64,000 nt of DNA from positions 80,848,001 through 80,912,000 of the forward strand of contig JBITNC010000001.1 in NCBI GenBank assembly GCA_050084985.1, read 5' to 3'. This document shows positions 1 through 11,438 of this stretch, in pieces (position 1 is the first letter of the stretch; the number at the start of each line of letters is the position of its first letter). Below the pieces are notes generated by a model that was not told the DNA's origin, ran no database searches, and saw nothing but the letters and a program-made list of their open reading frames with translations. Made by a program: the position numbers and the translations under genes. The DNA is from Nageia nagi. Its lineage: Eukaryota > Plantae > Pinophyta.

Positions 1-92
1 TGTGGAAACGGATTGGTCAAGGATAAGCCATCTCTGTCCATCTTCGTTTGTCGAGAGGCTTGAGGAATATCCTGAAGAATATTTCTTATCAG
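1..92 (+). CDS. Partial internal coding exon of the host gene (probable Y-family DNA polymerase)
   Basis: Only frame 2 is open (VETDWSRISHLCPSSFVERLEEYPEEYFLS-G). It ends at a donor CAG|GTATTT (92/93) followed by T-rich intron-like sequence. The phase-1 donor fits the acceptor at 32466/32467 (G|GT = Gly). Confidence 0.6.
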
Positions 93-706
93 GTATTTTG
101 TTCATTCACCTTCCCACACTTGTTTTTTATCTGTTATAGCATTTGTTACGTAAATAATCTCAGTGTGACATTTCATTGCTATCTGATTTTTGTGCCAGTC
201 AATTATGTGCTCTTGACTCCTCTTCAATGCTGTAAATTTATGAATTTGTAAATTATCATTATCAGTGTATGCTTCATGTCAAAGTACCACTAAAAAGGAC
301 ATTGATAACATGGCTGTTGATTTGGATTGATGACATAAATCCAAAGAGAACACACCAATTGCAGAGTACTGATTCTGAAAAACAAACTCGCATGTAAACA
401 AGAAAATATGCATGAGGGAGACATCCTTATTAAATAAATTGTAAAGATACATAGATACTTTGTACAGAATGTGAATTCAAAATACATATACAAAATTTGT
501 TTGTACGCTTTGTGTAGAGATGTATAGTAGTTTATCTCTCTATAATGGAGATGTCATTGACTCTGTATCTCCATGTAGAGAACTGTTGTCCTGCATATAC
601 AGAAACAAGATACCGACAGATCTTACTCTGCTTCTACCTTTTGCCTTCCTTCGATCTCTTCTCTTTCTTACAAGTGCACAATACATATAATGAAGAACAA
701 AAGAAG

Positions 707-1649
707 TGTTTTATGAGAGAGTTGGACTTTTGATCCTTATTAGGGTATCAGTTGAGCTATCTAATTGTTCATGTACCTTCATGTGTAATCTACCTTTCTA
801 GGTTTTATCCAAATTAGCATTCAATTCCACTTTAATCCATGAACTAGGCATCAATAAACATGCTCATAAATCATCCAAAACATGCGCTCAAACTGGAATA
901 TAACAGCAGTAACCCAAACTAATATAAAGCTCTTACATCATGCAAGTATGACCAAAAGTAGGGCACAAATCAGATCTATTACATAACAGAAATATAGCTC
1001 CAAAGTTCTCAATTCACATTCATTCTCATGCACAATGAAGATAGAAGCATAGCAAAAATATGTAGCAACATTCATTCACATTCAAGATGCAATATGAGAG
1101 CCAATATCATCAATAATCAACCAAGAATCAGTATATGGCTGTAACAAGCCTGTAACAAGTTCTAGGGCAAAGCTTAAGACTCCAAAATGCTCAAAGTAGA
1201 CTCCTCAAGGCTGGGGCAAGTCTCAAGGCAGTTTCCAAACTTGGCGCAAGTCTCAAGATGGCTCCTAATGGCGGTCGCAAGCTCCCAAATGGCAAGATAG
1301 GTAGGCACAAGCTCTCCAAGAGGTGTAGAAGTGTAGATGAGCCACTTTTAGGCTAGGGAGCAGCCCTAAGCCCTAGAAGGTAGAGAAGGGAAGCATCCCT
1401 AAGCTCCGAATGATCCAAGATCGAATGCACAAGATAATTTTCTCAAATGACCAAATGTCTTGCCTTTATAGCATTCCAAACTTGTTAATATGTCTTCCCA
1501 TGATGGCCGACCAAGGAGGGAGTAATAATAAAATATTAAATGTCTTAAAGCCTCCTCATCATGGCCGACTTGGACGTGGGGCACTATAACATTAAATAGC
1601 CCTCAAATTAATACATAATTTGCCCATTATTGAGCATTGCCTTTGAGGC

Positions 1650-1689
<40 letters not shown>

Positions 1690-1782
1690 TGAAAAATAAA
1701 ATACTTCTAAGCTAAGTGCTAGAGATCTCAATGAATAGGTATGAGGGGAGTCATCTAGATGTCCCAAATTGGGGACATTACA
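707..1782 (-). mobile_element. Nested LTR fragments (two LTR 5' termini on the minus strand)
   Basis: Reverse complement shows TGTTATAGTGCCCC from 1591 and TGTAATGTCCCC from 1782, both LTR-like starts with TATA-like motifs. No TSD found and the left limit is uncertain. Confidence 0.4.
1653..1685. repeat. (TA)n microsatellite
   Basis: Directly visible. Confidence 0.95.
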
Positions 1783-2009
1783 ACATGGTGATTGGTGAAC
1801 ATTGAAAACCACTGCCAATGTCAAACACAATGTTGTTGGTGTTGATGAAAAGTCTATATTGTTTGTGGACATTGCTAAGGATGATGAATGTTGAAACCCA
1901 TAGTTGTTGTCATTAGTCTTAAGCTATGTTCCACGAAGTTTTTGGGATAGGGATGGCAGGGGACACGTTTCCGAGAAGGGGACAACTTGGGTCGGATTTT
2001 GGGTACAAC

Positions 2010-2335
2010 AATATTAAAATATAATAAATATATAAAAATATTAAATTTTTTTATGAAATTTAAATTAATCATTGAAAAGCAAATGGTATGAAATAAATAA
2101 TTTAATCATAATGAAACCCTAATCAACATAAAACAAAAAATTGTTTTGTTAAGAAATGATTCAATTATATTAATATATAATAAATATATAAAATTAATAA
2201 ATTTTTTTATTTTTTAAATATTTTTATGAAATTGTAATTAATCATTGAAAAGCAAATGGTATGAAATTAATAATTTAATCATAATGAAACCATAATCAAC
2301 ATAAAACAAAAAAATTGTTTTTTTACAAAATGAAA
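2010..2335. repeat. AT-rich tandem duplication, period ~173 bp
   Basis: CATTGAAAAGCAAATGGTATGAAAT...AATCAACATAAAACAAAAAA starts at both 2070 and 2243. Confidence 0.85.
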
Positions 2336-2740
2336 ACATGTGCCCTTGCTTCTATTTAAAGCTAGCCTTGCTTGATAGTGTGCTTGCAAACTACACAAGG
2401 CTTGTTGTCCTGAGGATCACGTGAGTGTTAAGTTGGATCCTCTCAAATCATATTTTTCCCCTTAGTTGCCAATGGACCCTGTTTTTCTAATGCTTGCATG
2501 GCAACAAGATTGGTGAAGGCTTGAAGCAATGCTTCTCCACCTGTTGGGGTTAATCAAATGAAAGTTTATCTTGTGGAATGTAAAGTGCCAACTCTCCTTA
2601 GCCAAACAGAGAATGCCACTATAATTGTTTTTGCCATAAGCACATTGGACTGGGACACACATGCATCCATTGCAACATAAAAGGCCATGAAGAACACAGG
2701 AGTTGGGACTAAAAACCCTTAAAACAGCCCCTCTATAACT

Positions 2741-2809
2741 TTAGAGGTTCTCTATTGCCTGGAACATCTTTCCCAATCCTTGACTTGACATATATCCCTT
2801 CTTTTCCAT
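2741..2809 (-). pseudogene. G-patch-like remnant, probably from an old retroelement interrupted by element A
   Basis: Minus-strand translation MEKKGYMSSQGLGK, then after a frameshift DVPGNREPL, resembles the G-patch consensus M.KMG...G.GLGK..QG..EP. Confidence 0.4.
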
Positions 2810-5800
2810 GAAAACCAATTCCTTGATCATTTGGAGACTGACAAGACTTCATGTTATTTACTAAGTTTATTCATTCCGTAAATAAGTATTGATATTCTAA
2901 TTTCCCATTGAAGAATCTGAATAGATTGAGTAAATCTCAATATAATCTCAATATACATACATTCAACAATGGAGGAAATACAAAATCATGAATATGAATT
3001 AACATTGGAACAATCTCACAATGGAATTGTATATATTAATAGGAGAATCAAAATATATACAATGTTGAATGAAGTTCAGCTAGAACCCACATCCAACACA
3101 CCACACTTCACTTAGTCTCTCACACCAAGCTACAAACCAACAATCCAAGGGCATAATCTCTAACCCAAGTACAATGAAATACACATAATAAGTACAATAC
3201 ATTCCGGAGAGAACACAACAATTGGAATGTGAAGAAACTGAAGAAGAAACGAACCAAAATGTGAAAAGACACAAAACTGGGCGAAGTGCAATGCCCAAAA
3301 ATACCAATATAGAAACATGGTCACATTTGGTGAAATGTGGTCACTTTTGGTGTGAAATGTTGTGGCTCTTGTGTTTGGTACTGATGAAATGTGGTTGGGG
3401 CTGCGTTTATGGGCAGCAAAAGGATATTTTGTAGAAAAACACTCGAGATGAGGGTCAAATCTTCAGAAAAGGTAGGCATGCGTATACTCATTGGAAAGGT
3501 ATCTTCGAGGACTATACATTGAAGAAAGAATCATCTCAATTAAATGTCTATACAAAAAGTTATGCCTTCCCAAAGATGAGTGATTTGTCAAACAAGTCCA
3601 GTTGGTTTGATTTCCAACATTCTCCCCTTGGATGTTGAAAGGACTTAGGAATGAAGTTCTGAAGCATCACACATGAAATGAAAGAGCCTTTTTATGCCTT
3701 TTCTGATTTTGTATCAAAAAATATAAAAGTTGAAAAATCTTTGGTTGGCACACACCATGTTGAACATCACACTTTAACTCTTCATGAGGGCTTTCCTTCA
3801 ACATGCTTGCTGTCTCCTGCAAGTAAAATATTGATTTCCTTTTGATGACAAATTCCCCTTCATCAATAATCTCCTCTTCATCAAAACTCACATTCTTCAC
3901 AAAGGTGCTCCATGAGCAATCAAAGTTATCATCACAAATATCAAGCCATGCTCCAAATGAGCAATTTCTGAACTGAACCATCTCATCATACCACATTACA
4001 ATTTCACATACCTTCACACAAATGACACAAAACATAGTGGCCAAAAGTTGACTCATTACAAATGCAACTTGCAAAAATTGCTCTTCAAACAAAAAATTGC
4101 TCTTTTCAACATAATATACAACCAAGAATTGACTGTTCTTCATACTCAAACCAGCCATGATATGACTGCCCATACTTGCAACAAATGGATGGTTCTTCAA
4201 CAAAATATTGTTCTCAATAAGTTCTTTGCATTCCCCCATCCAATGAAGGTTTTCAAGCTTATTCTGTCGTTCAAAATAAGCTCCCAAAGATGCCATTGTA
4301 AGACATTAAACATTTTGCACAAACTTTCTCAACAAAACTGTATCAAAACTGTCGAACAAATGCAAACACTACTCCCAACATTCAAGTCATCAACTAATGA
4401 ACAAATTTGCAAAAAGTCTTCACCTTCACTTGTGTAGGATGGAGTAAAGTCCTTTGTGACATACTGCTGCAATTTCAATATTCTCTTCCATTGTTGCTTT
4501 AACAACATTCTCCTTCATAGCAAAAATGCTCCTTGTAGCTTCTTTACACAAACAAGCTTCATTCTCTTTATTTACTGCTGCATTCTTCTTATTTGGACAG
4601 TCCAAAGCTGCCATTACAACACGAAAATTATTCACAAATGCTCCACACATTGCCTCTCAAAACAATCTTCATCATTTTCTACAAAATAGTCCTTATTTAT
4701 CACAAAACAATTTTCAATTCCATAAGCTCCAATGTTCATTGCCTCTTCAAAACGAATTTCATGGTCCACAAAACAATTTTCAATCTTCAAAAATTCTGTC
4801 CCTATTGTCATTACAACAAGAGGATCATCAATGGCTGCCTCTTCAATAAAATAATTTTTACATTTTCTTTCTCAAGCAAAAAATTAAGAATAGTGCTTAT
4901 GGGATTTACCTCTTTCTCATCAACAAAATCTGAGCAAGAATCCCACAATGGATCAGCCATGGCCTTCTCAACAAGAGCATCTTCAAAAACTGATTTTTCA
5001 AAACACATATCCATTCCATTGTCTTCTAACAAACACTTCATTATGAATGATTCTTCTCCAATATTCAAAACTGATCTTACAAGACAAATATCTTGCATTT
5101 CATCTTTAATACAACACTATTTCATGAGCATTGCATCTTCATCATTTAAATCTACCTTTTCAAAACAATTATCTCCCATTCTTGATGAATGGTCTTCATT
5201 CCAACTCTCCTCCATGTGCACAAAATCCATGTAAGCCTTTAAAAAAATACCAATTTTCATCTTCTTTTGAGCAATCTTCAAACCAATGTACAGCTGCAAC
5301 TTCTTTTCCAAATTCCAGAAGTCTTTTTAAGACATATATCCACTCCATTTGAGTGATCTTGTGACATCCCCTGTTTGATTATTTTAATTAATTCTAGAAT
5401 CCAACAGATTCCTCCTTGTATATATTTAATTATTTAATTGTGCTTTATTAGTTAGTACTTGGGATAGAAGATATAAAGGTCCGTTGGACCTCATTGTGAG
5501 CCCCAAGTGGGATGTCTACCTCTCAAGTATAGATTAATGTGATTTAATGTGCTTGAAGATCCCGAAAAGTGATTATGGGAATTCCAAGGCTTCTTTAGCA
5601 CTTAGAGCATGGATAGTCACCTAATGGCCCCAACGTTGAGATTGGGAGTACTTGTACACATGCGCCAACCTTGGGGAGGCTCCTAGACAGGCTAGAGCCC
5701 CATGTTGGCCCATTACACCCACGCATGCCTCCTAGATACCCATGCATGCCTCCTTGACCCACACATGCCCTCTAAGGCCCCCTTTGAGCTTGAGGACCCA

Positions 5801-6669
5801 CTTGGAGCATAAGGGAGGCCCAACATACCCACGTTGGGCCTGAAATGAACCCTAGGCATCATCGTTGGGGTTTGAGGGGCTGAGTGATGACTTTGAGGTG
5901 AGATCCAGATCCAGTGTGAGCTATATTAGGCCTTGGAGCATCATTGTTGGATATACAGATTTATTATTATTACTCATAGTGTCCAATGAACACTAGTCTT
6001 GGTGTAGCATCAAACACATCCCTAGGTGCAACATCTAGGAGGGTTAACAGGCTAAGGGATCCTATTGATCTACGGTTAAGGTCCAACATCTTAGTCCATT
6101 CGATGGCATTTTAAGGTCACATTCCTACCATTTTGTTGGGTTCCAGGGTTTGGAGAGAGGTCCTTCGGTGGAGAGGATTCAGATTCAGAGGGATTGAGGT
6201 TGTCCCAACCATTGTTCCATCTGTCCAACATTGATAACATCTGTTGTGCCCTAGTTGGCTCCTTGGAGGCCAACATTGAGCCCTTTGGGCTTGGTATTGT
6301 ATTGTTGCTAATTCATATCATTAATACAGTCGTTGGGCAATTTGATCTCAATATTATCTTGTATACTTGCCCATGTTTGCATCGTTGGGTTACTTTTGTA
6401 CACGTATGCTTGTGTAAGCCAAACATTGACATTGTGAGGTGTTTAATATTTGTATATGCTCTTCGAGGCTAGACATTGGCATTAATGCATTGTTTGAGCT
6501 TTTATTGGATGCCCTAGGTCAGAGTTTGTGCATACTTGCTTAAATTGGTTTAATTGCACTTGAATTTGTGATTGGGATTCTATAGTGGTATCAAAGCTTG
6601 GATTTGGCCAACCTATGAATGAAACTTGTAGTTCACAACTACTACACCAGATCTAGCATTAGAAGAGAG

Positions 6670-7925
6670 ATGGCTTCAACGAAGAAGAGTGGGAAGACAT
6701 AGCATGAAGAAACCCCTTCTAGAGCCGCCTAAGATGAGGATCGTCAACCTTGGATGAATGATGTCTCTGCTGAGGACAATTTCGGTGAGGAGAATGAGGC
6801 AGATCTACATAGGCCAGGAGGAGTGCTACTCCAGCTAGAGAGTCCATGCCAGAAAGGATTTTTAATGAGCTCATCTCGGCCATCAACAACATAATAGGTG
6901 TCATAACCACCATGTAGAAGCAGATGACCATCGTCAACAAATTCAGTAGAGGCCAAGAAATGCCAGAAAGGCATGTGAGCCCCTCACGTCCTATCCTAGA
7001 TGAAGAAGAAGAGCCACGGGAGGAGGACAGGATGGAGAGAGCGCCAACACCTATCACGGATCCATCGGTCGTCCAAAACCCACGTTTTTGAGGTCCCATT
7101 CTCATAGAGCTCCACAGGGAACCAATCCTCTCCTAAGGAGGTTCCTAGATGAGAATGTTGGGAAAATAGGGGAGCAACCCATTATTCCCAAACCGTCCAA
7201 GCCCATGTTTGCCAAGAAGTCAGTCGATGAAGCAAAGAATCGGATCCCCAACGCTTTGGAGTTGAACCAGATTTTTAGAGAGTACTCTATGTTGGATCGA
7301 GGATTGAGGAGAGACATGAATTCAATGGTTACTTGGAGATTTTAAGGCTGAAAGGAGGCAGCTCTCACGACACACACTCCCAAAAGCAACTTGTGGGTTG
7401 ATAAGAGGGATTTGTAACAAAAGATCAACAAAATGCAGGTACCCTTATATGACGACAAGAGGATGATGGCTAGGGCTTGGCCACATCAATTGCAGACTTA
7501 CTTCACTTTGAGTTCGAACATTGTAGATGAGGATGCAATTCATTTTGCATCATTGCACTTTGAGGATGATGCCCTCGAATGGTGGCAGTAAAGAGTAATT
7601 AGCTAGGATTACTCCCACATCACCTCTTTCAATGAGTTTGCTTGGAGGTTGGTAAAGAGATTTGATTGGAAGAGAGAATGATTACTTTAGAGAGTTGACA
7701 TCTCTGAAACAACAGGGTGCAGTAGATGATTATGTGTCTGAGTTTCAGAAGGTTGCAGTTATGATTCACAACGTTCCTGAGGAGAGGTTGACATTCCTTT
7801 TCATAGAAGGATCGATGAAGCCATTGCAAGGAATGGTCAAGGCATCTGCACCAAGAAACCTTGATGACGCCATTAGAGTTGCATATGATTTGGAGCCCAC
7901 CATGAAGTCTCTCAAAGAAGGGTAG
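6670..7925 (+). pseudogene. Gypsy gag remnant (Retrotrans_gag-like) of element B
   Basis: ASLHFEDDALEWW...LVKRFD...YFRELTSLKQQGAVDDYVSEFQK...LFIEG, with stops and frameshifts. Confidence 0.85.
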
Positions 7926-7989
7926 ACATACAAGGGGTAGGCCACTCGGAAGACGTTTTCCACTTGGAGAAGCCTTGGCACAAGGCAAG

Positions 7990-8630
7990 GAGCAATGAGG
8001 AGCTCCCACACCCCACGTTGGACATAAGGGAGTCTTGGCACATGACGTGGAGCTTGGAGGGACTTTTGGACCCCACGTTGGACATGAAGGAGATTCTACC
8101 CCTCATGTGGGACATTGAGGAGGCTTGGTACTTAACGTTGAGCTTAGAGGGGCTATTGCACCCCACGATGGACTTGGAGGAGCTTCTCCACCTCACATGG
8201 GAGACTAAGGGGCTTTGGTACATGATGATGAGCATGGAGGGACTCTTGCACCCTACGTTGAGCTTGGGTAGGCCTAGGCATCCCACAACAGGCATGGAAG
8301 AGTTATGGCATCTCATGTTGGGTTTTGTGAGGCTTGGGCACCCAACGATTGGCATGATGGAGTTCTGGCATTTCACTTTGGGATTGGGGAGGCTTAGACA
8401 CCCAACATCTAGCATAGAGGCTTTTGATATCCCACGTTGGGCTTAGATAGTCTCAGGGACTTGACATTGGACATGAGGGAGTCTTGGCATCCCTTGTTGA
8501 GCATGGAGAGGCTACAACACTTCATGATGGGCTTGGAGGAAGTCTAGCACCCCATAATGCGTATCTGGAAGAACTGGAGCCCCATGTTGGAGATTGGGAG
8601 AGCTTGGAACCCAACGTTGAGCTTGGGCGA
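7990..8630 (+). repeat. Degenerate 30-bp tandem array inside element B
   Basis: Unit ~GGAGCTTGGCACCCCACGTTGGACATGGAG, roughly 20 copies. It gives a 10-aa periodic translation (LEGLLHPT..) in ORF 7964-8446. Confidence 0.85.
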
Positions 8631-10719
8631 AGATTCGCCATAGCCATGGAGCAAAGGCTTCACCTTTTTATACTCATGCTTGATTTACTTGATACTTTTG
8701 CAGGTACATCTTCCAGGAGGCTTCCAAATGTCCACTACAACAACTAAATACCTAGCATGGATGGATGCATTAGCATCTCTGCATACACTCTTGTGTTTTT
8801 CTAGGATGATGGCACGAAAATGTTTGTAGGCATCTTGGTACTTAATGTGGATTGACAACAACAACAACATATCAAAATTTTTGCATGCAATGTTGATACA
8901 TGAGGAGGCAGCTTCAATGTTTCATATAGGGTCTTCACCATGGAGGAGACTTATTGAAGTGGTATTCCACTCCAGCAGATTGCAATCAACGAGGCTAAAG
9001 GATTCTTGGAAGACAATATGCAACAACATTCTATAATTGCTTGAGGGCAAGCAATTCGATAGGGGAGGCTTTGTGACGCCCCCGTTTGATTATTGTAATT
9101 AATTTTGGAATCCATCGGATTCCTTCTTTTATATATTTACTTATTTAATTGTGCTTTATTAGTTAGTACTTGGGATAGAAGATATAAAGGTCCGTTGGAC
9201 CCCACTGTGAGCCCCAAGTGGGACGTCTCCCTCTCAAGTATAGATTAATATGATTTACTGTACTTGGAGATCCCGAAAAGTGATTGTGGGAATTCCAAGG
9301 CTTATTTAGCACTTAGAGCATGGATAGTCACCTAATGGCCCCAACGTTGAGATTGGGAGTACTTGTACACATGCGCCAACCTTGGGGAGGCTCCTAGACC
9401 CCCACATTGGCCCAAGACACCCATGCATGCCTCCTTGACCCACACATGCTGTCTATGGCCCATGTTGAGCTTGAGGATCCCCGTGGAGCATAAGGGAGGC
9501 CCAAATACCCACTTTGCGCTTGGAATGACCCCTAGGCACCATCATTGGGGTTTGAGAGGCTGGGTGATGACTTTAAGGTGAGATCTAGATCCAATGTGAG
9601 CTATATTAGGCCTTGGAGCATCATTGCTGGTTATACAAATTTATTATTATTACTCATACTGTCTAGTGGACACCAGTCTTCGCGCAACATCAAGCACATC
9701 CCTAGGTGCAACATCTAGGAGGGTTAATAGGTTGAGGGATCTTGTTGATCTATGACTAAGGTGCAACATCTTAGTCCATTTGGTGGCATTCCGAGGTCGC
9801 ATTCCTACCATTTAGTTGGGTTCCAGGGTTTGGAGAGAGCTCCTTCGGTGGAAAGGATTCAAATTTTGAGGGATTGAGGTTGTCCCAACCATTGTTCCAT
9901 CTGTCCAACATTGATCACATTTGTTGTGCCCTAGTTGTCTCCTTGGAGGCCAACGTTGAGCCCTTTGGGCCTGGTATTGTATTGTTGCTACTTCATATCA
10001 TTAATACAACTGTTTGGGCAATTTGATCTCCATATTATCTTGTATACTTGTCCATGTTTGCATTGTTGGGTTTCTTTTGTATGTGTATGCTTGTGTAAGC
10101 CAAATGTTGGCATTGCGAGGTGTTTAATACTTGTATCTGCTCTTCTAGGCTAGATGTTGGCATTATTGCATTGTTTGAGCTTTTATTGGATGCCTTTGGT
10201 CAGATGTTGGTGCATACTTGCTTGAATTGGTTTAATTGCACTTGAATTTATGATTGGGATTCTACAGATCTTCAAGTTGACATTTATCATAAAACTTTCT
10301 TCTTCATTATTCTCCCCCTTTGGAGGAACTCCAACATGAGCACTCTCTCTTTGTAGAGAGTCTTCAATAGCTGCACCTTCATCACAAACTTCATGTTCAC
10401 AAGCAACATGAGAATTGTTAAGATGGGCATCAACAAAAATTTCTGAAATAACATTTGTGCTTCCTTTGTGAGACAATCTTCAACAATGCACTCTTCAAGT
10501 GCTCCAACAACAAAATCCGAAAGGCTTCTTCTTCATTTACATAACCTCAATCAACAACAAATCCTCTTCTTCCTCCTCTTCCTCTAGAAGAATATAAACC
10601 TCTTCTTGGCGCAACATTGGCTCCTTCTTCTTAAATAAAATTCTCAAATCCAGAACAACAATGTTCTTTTTTCCTCACAAAACAAACATTTTCCAGAGTG
10701 ATTTTATCACCCCCAAAAC

Positions 10720-11021
10720 AAACTTGGAACTTTTTCCATGTTTCCCAAGCTGTCCTACAACCTGCAAGAAGTGGAAAAATATTCTTTTTCATGCTTTTTT
10801 CTGATGTATAGAAGAGTTAAGCAATTTAAATGTTGTTCCTCCTTTTTTAATATTCTTTCCTTTCCTTCAAGAGAGCTCCAATCTTCTAGTTCAACATACC
10901 CATCTTTAACAATTTCCTATTGGCCTTTACCCATTAACAATGTCTTCATTTTTATTCTCCAAAAATCAAAATGCTTTCTATCAAATTCTGGTAGTTGCAC
11001 GGAGTTAGTGTTGATAGCCAT
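10720..11021 (-). pseudogene. Copia gag N-terminus remnant (DUF4219/UBN2-like) of element A
   Basis: MAINTNSVQLPEFDRKHFDFWRIKMKTLLMGKGQ*EIVKDGYVE...CRTAWETWKKF, starting ~150 bp after the PBS. Confidence 0.8.
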
Positions 11022-11438
11022 TACACTAGAGCAACAAGAAAGTGAAACCCAATGAAGAATGAACCATAAAACAATTTTATAAAATTATTTCCAAGATCCT
11101 CACAAGTTTATTCTAACTCTTCAATCTACCAAGCTTTCTCAATCCCATCAAATCAAACCATTCGTGGGCTCTGATACCAGATGAAGAATCTGAATTGATT
11201 CAATAAATCTCAATATACATGCATTCAACAATGGAGGAAATTTAAACAAATGAATATAAATAAACAATGGAACAATCTCACAATGGAACTGTATATATTA
11301 ATAGCAGAATCAAAATATATACAATCTTGAATGAAGTTCAGCTAGAATCCACATCCAACACACCACACTTCACTTGGTCTCTCACACCAAGCTACACACC
11401 AACAATCCAAGTGCATAAGCTCTAACCCAAGTACAATG

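Larger units (their letters stand above)
5360..10266 (+). mobile_element. Element B: non-autonomous Ty3/Gypsy (chromovirus-like) LTR element nested in A
   Basis: LTRs 5360-6584 and 9072-10266 (TGTGAC...TCTA[T/C]A). TSD GATCT at 5355-5359 and 10267-10271. PBS TGGTATCAAAGC 6586-6597; PPT AGGGGAGG ~9061-9068. Confidence 0.93.

Noticed and set aside
4048-5352. Plus-strand ORFs of 107-213 aa as host genes
   Set aside because: They are antisense shadows of the low-complexity interior of element A, with no recognisable domain.
7964-8446. Leucine-rich-repeat host protein
   Set aside because: The periodicity comes from the 30-bp DNA array inside element B.
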